Shown: one piece after another, positions 55,361 through 64,000 of the stretch
How the letters are laid out: each line of letters begins with the position of its first letter
Position numbering within the stretch: the first letter of the stretch is position 1
NCBI GenBank assembly: GCA_043228905.1
Contig: JBHGNT010000135.1
Location: forward strand, 6,085 to 70,084
Direction of reading: 5' to 3'
Origin: Azolla caroliniana
Lineage: Eukaryota; Plantae; Polypodiophyta
Length of the DNA: 64,000 nucleotides
Made by a program: the position numbers and the translations under genes
Notes under the pieces: generated by a model
Database searches by the model: none
What the model saw: the letters and a program-made list of their open reading frames with translations, nothing else
Told to the model about the DNA's origin: nothing

Positions 55361-57697
55361 TCATTTACTCTCTAAGGGTTCATGAAACACCAATACGTTT
55401 ATGTATAGGGTAATAACATCTCTAAGTTCACTTCAAAAGAGTTGGAAATATGTTTGAAAGCACATTTTTACGAAGTTTCATCATTAATAATAGAAATACC
55501 ATAAATGATTCTATTTCTTAAAAGAAAATAGATTGTGGGCATAGAGAGGCTTGTGGGCTGTGTTGAAGACTAAAAAAAAATCTCGTATTAACTTCCTAAA
55601 ATGCACGAGAAAGTAGAGGTTTTAAATGGGCAACATATCTTGTTGTGGCAACATATCATGACTCGGGCGAGATACATGGGCTCATGCTTCATACATTGGA
55701 TTACATTCAATGCACTAATTACAAACTACATCATCAAGCTAACTAGTTGCACGCACACTCATACATGTTAAGAACCCATCCATGTGTCAACAATCAAGCC
55801 TTGTTTTTGTATGATAGCTTGCATTCTCTTTAATGTGAGAAGAGACATTAGGTCATTAACAAACTGACTTGTAAACTATTCATATATTTTACAAAACAAG
55901 CTCACAAGTGAAAGTATCACACTTAAACTCTAACATGTTAGATTTTATCACATTCAACGTTGCTTTTCCTGCATTTTTCAATTTTGACCTTTCCTTACAT
56001 TTCCCTCAAGTACAATGTGTACTCTTAATTGCAACATTTGCATTTGTTAGAAAAAATCTAGAACTTGGACAAGTCTCTTTGTTAAAATCTTTCACATTAG
56101 TTTCATAGGTTACATTTAACCTGTAAGAACAACAATAAAATGTCTCTCACTATAAGAGAGGTTGACCAAAATTAGAAAGAATTAAAACATTGTTTATTTC
56201 CCAAATTTGACTTAAACCCCAATGCAATTGTCCAAATCCACTTCCATACTACAAATGTTTAGGTTAGAGATGTCAATGAAATCAAATAAAGTTCTGTAAT
56301 ATTTGATTATGCATCAACCAAGGGCAAAACGTTCAGCACACAGTCCTATGCTACACAAGGCAATGGGTCCTCATCAATCCACCTACTTGAATGCAAGATA
56401 TTCCAAAGCTTCAGTAGTTCATGTTGACGCAATTCTTGGTGCATAATGGGCTGACATACAACAGATCAATATGCTAGAATTTTTTTATAACTTCCTAGGA
56501 CCACTTGTAACAGACTATCGCATATCCAGCTATATATGATCAAATATTTGTAAGCCAAAGACTCATTTTTTATTATTAAGCCTACACTTTGTTTGCTCAA
56601 GGATATATTCAATTTATTTACTATCACATCATAACAAAGCAATCTCACTGATTTTGCTGGCACATTTCTTGACTATAATAATCCTATACCTAAACCCAAA
56701 ATCCTACACCTGGCGCTTGAATCTCTAGCAAGGCCACCTAAAACATGTGATTGTGATATTCTTAGGCTGACCATAAGTTAAAGATTTCTTTAACAGAGTT
56801 GCTTTACATCATGGCCCAAGCCATCTTCGAAGGAACGGCATGATAACGATCGTATCATGTCTCTGTTCAATTCAAAATCATGGAAAGGTCTTTCAAAATC
56901 TCTGTTAGTGTATATCTGTCCAAATCAACATTGAGGCATGAGGGTCTCTGCAAAGACACTCCAACTTACCTGTAGTGGGTGTCTATTTGGTTCAACAGAC
57001 ATGGGTATAAAATTGGCAACTTTAGGGCATTAACATAAATTGAGAGGAAATTTTTATTCACTCAATTATATCACATAATAGGCAGAAGCACACAACAGAC
57101 CACGGTGCACAGAAGCATAAAATAGACAAAGCTCATGAAATCAAAACTGAATCCTTTTTATTTGAATAAAAATCAATTTAGCATCAAGAAAACATACATG
57201 GAGTAGGGTAAAGAAGCTATTCGTGTACATTCTTCTAGATTTCAAGTTTCAATGCCTACAAAAAATGAACACAAGTAACTTTTGAATCTTATTGACCCAA
57301 CCTCAACATTTGGTAAAACTACAACATGTGTGAGGATAAGAAACATCCTCTGTACAAACAGTGTCTGACTTGTAAACACCAGCAGAATAAATACAAAAAC
57401 TGACATAGTATGTGGTAGACTGAAATGAGCATTCTAGACAGGAGGAATAAATGCTTATAGAGGGAAATTTGTATAAATGATATCTATACCTCAAATGCTG
57501 TTTATTTAAGCATCGTACATTCTGGTACAAGTTCTGGAATTTTTTATGAATTTCTGTGCTACAAGAAGCTCTGTACTCGAGTTCTCACAGCTCCTGTACA
57601 CTCACCAAAGAAATAATTTTTACTACACCTCTGGAAAATAAACCTACGTAATAGCACTGTAATTCAGATCAATGCAGTGGGGAAACCATTGGAAAGG

Positions 57698-60600
57698 TTA
57701 TCTGCCAATGCTCCATCCATGCTCTGCAATAGCTTGTCGAACTCGGGATGCTGCATCTAAATTGTCGCTGAGAGGTGGATAGCTCCAGCTATCTCCCATC
57801 TGCAAAAAGCAGAAAACAAAATACTGTAACAAATCCTTTTTTTATATACATTATTGCATATTTTAAAAATCATGATATAACTAGAATTTTGGCAAAAGCA
57901 TGACATGAATAGAAAAACCCCACATCTTTTGCATCAGTGAGTGCACGTACGACTCCACGATGACGCAGATTTTTGTGGAATGCTGCAAACTTCCAGTTGC
58001 ATCTCTCAGCTCCTATAACATAAACAGGTTTTCTGCATACAAAAGAAGTTCAAGTCAAAACTGGCATTAAAATTAGAACTTTATCTTGAAGAAAGAAGAC
58101 AGCATCGTATTTACCCTGTGCTGCATGCTTCACTCAACATACTAATCGAATCAGCAGTAACAATAAATGCATCTGCCCAGGCCAGATGCCCTAGATGAGG
58201 ATTCAAACCTGCATTTCCATTTTGACACCATGTGTGATTACAATCTACCGATTATTTAATAACCTTCACTAAAAACACTAGATATTTACCTTCACCATCC
58301 CAAATGTAAACTTTGGCATATGATTTCATCTCATCTTGAATAAAATCCTTCATCTGTTAATATAAGCATTTTACAAAATTGTTATACAGCATGACAATCA
58401 GAAAAAAGAGTTTATTATAAAGTATGCACCTACAATTTATAAGAACAAAATTCCAAATCAATACAGGTCAACTAACTCTCAAGAAGTTCTTACATGACCT
58501 ACATCTTCAGGTGTAGTGAGTAATTTTTTGTGCTTTTTTGGAACACTTTCGAAGCACAATGGCAAATGGCATCTACATCCAACCATTGACAAATGCAGCG
58601 TCTGAGAGTGTTGCACTAAGACCAGAATACTTAAAACTGTCACTTGGTACTACGGCATTTTCACAGTACAGAAGTTGCACTTGGACCAGAAAACTTATAT
58701 CTGTCACTTGCTACTACAGCATTTTCACAGTACAGAATACACAGTCCACATCATTGTTGAACTCAAGATACAAGTCATTTAGTTCGTTATAGTTCTCCGA
58801 ATGAAAGTTCAATATGCCTACCTTTATGAAATAGCAAAACAAAAATACGTCATGGAGATAGCATGAGTTAAAACCATGTTTAGATCAATGAGTCTAAATC
58901 AGAACATACAAACTACCAAGTTGAAAAAAGTTTCATTTGGCTGTAAGAGATCAAAATCATTATTTTTGTACAGCTCATTTGCCTTCAGAGCGTGTAACCT
59001 GTCACAACTACATTGGCATTATGGGAGCCTTTATACTAGATAAATTAGGATAATGGGGATTGTACGTTTTCAGCTAGAAAAAGCTTTGGTCACCCTGCTT
59101 CAAAGATGATTTCTCCGAATTTGGTGTAGCTCCGGTCTAGATTCTAACCAGACAAAGATTGTCAGAATGGCAAACTGAGACTGAAAAACATGTAATGAAT
59201 GAATGATACCCATAACCTACAGGTAATATTAATCTCGTTTTGATACGAAAATCAAATGAGATATATGCTCAAAGATTCAACACTTATCATGAGAAGAGTT
59301 TGTGGAGGTTAAGTGGAAAAATGGAGCAAAGCACACCTTCAACAAATATGGAGAAGAAATTTTTTGGGTTCAGTAATGCCATCTGCACATGTATCCTGGC
59401 CTTATTTATGATGTATAAATTGGATCACTCCGAATTCCTGCAATACATGATGCTCCAAACATGACGATCATCATCTTCTGTCAAAATTGTAGTGCTGGGT
59501 GAAAAAAAGGCAGATTCTATGGTATTTCTTATCAGAGATAAGAATCATGCGCTAGCATTGAAAGTGATTTTAAGATTATGTAGATCCGCACTTTGTTTAT
59601 TTTCCATTTTGTCTTCCTCGAATCTTTTTATATCCTCTATGTTGAAAGTGAAAAGAATTTAAAGTTGTAAAATTAATGGAAGGTGTGCTTAAGCAATCAA
59701 TAGGCATATCAGGATTAGTTCACAAGTTGGGATCCTCTATACTTGCAAGTGTCCTCGAATTTGACAAATGTGTTGATCTGCTTGCAAGAATTTACAACAT
59801 AAGAAACTGCAGGTACAACTACAGCCAGAGGAACTTATTACTCCAATCCCAAGAAGAAGTGAAGATCTCAACAGTACCTCATATCTATACATTTTTTACC
59901 ATTTCCTCCATATGTATGCTCAAAAAGACACTCGGTGCTTCATACAATGCCTCATTCCAAAATTGCAAAACAGAAAATAAATATACATTACAGACTGTTT
60001 TTAACAGTGAAATTCACCTTGACTGGAGTTCTTTGGGAGAAAGAAATGCGTACACTCCCACATGTTGCCAGAACCATCTTCAATGCAGATACAAGTTCAA
60101 TGGCAAGATCATTACCATATTTACAATGTCCTGCTACAACAGTACCTCATATTTCATTTAATGTTGTCATCAATGAAATTAAAGGGAAGGAACAAAAAGT
60201 AACCATACTTGTTGGGCCACCAATATTCACCACAAGCATTGGCTTAGGTAGTGGTGCCAACTCATTATGCCATCGTGCAGCTGCCACCCGAAGCATTGTA
60301 GGATCAGCATGGTGAAGAGCACCAGTTGTAAGAACCTGTTTAGGTAAGAAAATTTTAGCATAGACCCTGGCAAATGCTAAAACAAGATAAAACATGGAAA
60401 TTAACTCTCTTATCACAATTCAGATTCGTCCAATTTAAACTCTCAATCTTACCACATGTTTATCAGGTGGATGCCAAGGAGAAATCCATCTTAGAAGGAA
60501 CTGAGGTACTTCCTGCTGGGCTGCTGGTGTTAAAACATGATAATCATGGTGAGGGGTAATAACCATATCATATTGTTGTAGACGTGTCCTGGGTAACTGT

Positions 60601-63600
60601 ATCTGAAGAAAAAAATTTGAAACACCACTTATAAGAGCCTGTGTGACTGCCTAAAAGGAGATAATTGCTATGCAATCCTTTCAGCATACAAAATGGACTC
60701 TTTTCCGATAAATGCATGACAACACGTTTTTATGAGATAAATGATCAGAAGTTCTACGCTCTAGTAATAGAATTCAAAGTTATGAACGAAATTCATCCAC
60801 TTGACATTTTATTTTAACTCGATGTGATGCACCACCTCGGTTTCAAGAGCTTCAAATCTGATATTAAAATCCCATTATATCCTTTGTTTCACTTAATCTT
60901 TAAATATTTCATGCAAGTTTCAATGATACTCTTGAAGAAGCACTGAATGCAGAATGCAGACACAAAGAAACTCGTTTTTTGTGAGTTCTGAAACCCAATA
61001 CATGTGAAAGCAAAGTAAACCCTAAGAATATGTTGAATAATAGACAATTACAAAAGAAATTTAGGTTTTCTCAACTCGCAGCTTTTTTTATTGGCTTCAA
61101 CTTTGCAAAATAGACAGGACAACAAGCATTGTATTGAAACTTCTCTTTTCTATAACTTGTATAGCACACTTGTATCATTTGAAGTTTCTCTATCGTTTTT
61201 ATCTATGCAAGTACTTTTCAAATGGGGTAAAAGCCCATCAATGAATTTGCACCCTATCCATCATGTAAATATCAGAAACTGGTACCAACGAAGAAATTTG
61301 CACCCAAATGGATGGAACAGCCGCAATGCTGGGACAGATATTTAACCTGCCAATTGTTAGTCTCAACTTTGACAAAATGTGTTCTTGAAATATTAACACA
61401 TTGGTCGTGAGGCAAAACAGAAAATTACACAATGAACAAAAAGAATATCAAACCCAGACCATGCCAGAATGGCCAGCACACAAATAGATGTATATAATCA
61501 CAATGAGTTACAAGGAAGTCGACATATAGGATATCTACATTTAGGAAACCCTGCAGATTATATCGTTTCCCTCAAATCTACAGATGCTGAATGACAATAT
61601 GAAGACTCATTTGATAATACACAATGATTGGTTTGGTTTCCTTCTTTCAGCAACTGAAGCATGGTGTTGGTATTATTAGTATCTAATCACAATGAGTTGC
61701 AATGATGTCGACATATTGGATATCTACATTTAGGGAACCCTGCAGATTCTATCATTTCCCTCAATTCTAGACATGCTGAATGACAATATGAAGAATCATT
61801 TGATAATACACAATGATTGTTTTGGTTTCCTTCGTTCAGCAACTGAAGCATGGTTTTGGTCGTATTTTTGTGAAAGAAAAGAATGCACATATTCCAAAGT
61901 TGTAATTAGTGTTCCAACTTTGCTGAGGAAGCAACAAAAAGAGAAAATACCAGCAACAGCAGCTTACACTCACCATTCTTGTGATCAAGTTTAGGAACGT
62001 TATATCTCATTGCCAGCACACCTAGAGCTCGCTAATTTAATTTACTTCTAATTAATAAATCCAGTAGATATAACCTGTTTAAATCAATAAGTAGCTGATA
62101 TACCTGAATGACAAAAGTGTCTCGAGAAGCCAATCGTTTCACAGCCGCAGCGATTGATGCTGTGTCTCGACCTGAGGCAACCACCAACAATGGTCCCTCT
62201 CTGAGACAAATCAAAAAAGGCAATAAAGAAAAGTTGGAATCGCATATCAATAGCAATGCACTTTGATTTTCTGAGTTAGAAAATTGCAAGCAAAACTTAA
62301 TAAAACATAAAACCTGTCGACATTTTGTCTTGCATATGCTGCTATATTCCGTGCATCAGCCTCAGGAATTGCAGGATCTGTATCCTTTATCATGTGTACA
62401 TTCTTTTGTTGAGATAATAAATAGTATCTCAAGTCTGATTGGATATACTGAATTATGTTCTCAATCTTCTTGTGTACATTGACAGGCAACCACCTCAGCC
62501 ATCTGTTATAACTTCCTTTTGGCCGACTCACACGCTGCAGAATGTTAGAACCAAGTAAGAAGATGACGAGAAACAGAAGTCTTTTCTGGAAATGAAAAGA
62601 GAATCAAATTGATTCCAGACCCAGAATAGAGACACATCGCTGGTTCTTTTGTATGAAAAGTTCAAATTTTAGTTGGGTTCACATTTTTAAACCGCATAAA
62701 TATCAGATGATAATATCTAGTTGGAATCACTACAAAGAAAAGAATTGTCCATTCGGAAAACATGGTTCTACATGGTAGATGCCAGCGCCAATGTTACAGT
62801 CAACATTTTCTTGCATCCATCCAAATGGTTTGCGGTGTCCAGCCATTTGTCACAGACTCCGAAACTAAATATATTTATTGAATGCATCCCAAATAGAATG
62901 TGGCATTCAAATCCTAAATTGAAGACTTCCCAGGATACAGGTAAACAAATCTGTCCAACTGGTTTTGTTCCTTCAACGCTGACTATGTTAAATCCATCTA
63001 AATTGCTGTATATCTTTCAAACTATGCCAAAATCGGTCTTTCAAAGATAACCATGTCAAAGCCATCAACTTGGATTTTGTCTTTCAAAACCAGTAAAGTC
63101 AAAACTATCCAATTCATTGTAGATACCGAGACTTGAAAAATAGACATGTCATCACAGCCATCCAAAAAAATACTTTGTACCTTACAAAACCGAAACGATG
63201 AAGCCTTTATTGCAATCCACATGGTTAAATTCTAATACAGCACACCATATATGACAATACAAAAGAAGATAAGATAAAGAAATATTTTCAATTGTTGTAG
63301 CGAAAAAAGCAACATACGAAGAAAGAGGTGTTATCAGCGAGGCCTAAAGAATCGATCGAAACACTGCACTGACTTACTAAGTAGGTGCGTCAAATCCATC
63401 AAAAAACTGCGGGAAATGCTAGATTTTGGGAGGCAAAAAAAAGAAGGACTTACAAAGAAAGAAGTGTTATCAGCAAGACCGAGTGCATTGATGAGGCCAA
63501 AGCACTGATGTTCAGCGCCAGGAGCACCATTTCCGATGATGACAGCACGTCTTACTACACAAGAGAGTCCACGATCGAATATTTCTGGCATTGATGCCAT
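57698..63600 (-). CDS. ELM1: Mitochondrial fission protein ELM1 (ELONGATED MITOCHONDRIA 1), 10 exons, ~407 aa
   Basis: Exons complement(63454..63600, 62314..62534, 62104..62200, 60453..60602, 60209..60335, 60018..60130, 58290..58353, 58115..58208, 57924..58032, 57698..57799) total 1224 nt. Motifs PEIF..VVRRAVIIGNG, LVVASGRDT, DMVITPHHDY, LVVNIGGP, HLAWADAFIVTADSISMLSEACSTGKPVY, SWSYPPL. Confidence 0.96.
61495..61866. repeat. Tandem duplication 189-bp unit x2 in ELM1 intron 3
   Basis: TAATCACAATGAGTT...CAGCAACTGAAGCATGG at 61495 and 61684. Confidence 0.9.
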
Positions 63601-64000
63601 GGCTTCCAGTGCCTGCTTCTCTCTCTATTCTGCTACTGCTTCTGGTCCTTCCGTCTCTGCTTCCGGTGTGCCTGTGTTCGATCCTCTGCTACAACCATAA
63701 GGAGTAGACAGAAAGATGCCTTCGTTTTAGAAGGACAGCAATATGTGGGAAGATTCGTCGTCGCCTTTTCTTTCTTCTTCGCCGATTGCACGCACGCACG
63801 CACAGCAGAAACACAAATAAATATGAAATATGTAATGTTTGTATAATGTTTTTTATTATGTACAGAAGAAGAAGAAGAAGAAGAAGAAGAGCAGAAAGCA
63901 AATATCTCTTTTTTCTCTCTCATACATAATTCTTCTTTTGTGCTTCTCTTATTTCCATTTATTTATTTATTTAGCCGTTTCCTTCTTTCCTTTTCCTTCT

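Noticed and set aside
58500-58560. TPED|GTAGG in ELM1 intron 6, resembling the end of exon 6
   Set aside because: Upstream sequence does not match ELM1 and the real exon 6 is intact.
59676-60161. 161-aa plus-strand ORF containing RNCRY, which resembles an ELM1 motif
   Set aside because: Antisense to ELM1. The true exon 6 (RHCKYGNDLA..) is at 60018-60130 on the minus strand, so the match is coincidental.
1-64000. Conserved miRNA, snRNA, snoRNA, rRNA or tRNA genes
   Set aside because: No recognisable mature sequences or box pairs found by eye. An Infernal/Rfam scan is needed to exclude them.

Overview
Eukaryotic land-plant nuclear DNA: GT-AG introns, plant-specific gene families, abundant (TATG)n/(GA)n microsatellites and LINE/MITE debris. 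A fern or other seed-free plant is my guess from style only. Six intact spliced genes could be built by hand, with splice phases that close the reading frame: an LRR-III-type receptor-like kinase (-), a glycine-rich RRM/zinc-knuckle RZ-1 protein (-), a fasciclin (FAS1) protein with an unusual N-terminal extension (+), RNA polymerase II/IV/V subunit NRPB3 (+), a long remorin (+) and mitochondrial fission factor ELM1 (-). There is also a broken PLS-class PPR pseudogene. Intergenic DNA holds truncated L1- and RTE-type LINEs (several with target-site duplications, TSDs), three hAT-type MITEs, a Mutator-type MITE in a nested insertion, and many 100-360 bp local tandem duplications. I see no clearly new multi-gene system. 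The best leads are a possibly doubly membrane-anchored FAS1 protein, an LRR-III kinase with Asp at the catalytic position and a His-rich insert, an AACTAATGG motif shared by 3' ends of different LINE families, and duplicated splice-acceptor relics in NRPB3 and ELM1 introns. All coordinates were counted by hand and no database searches were run.
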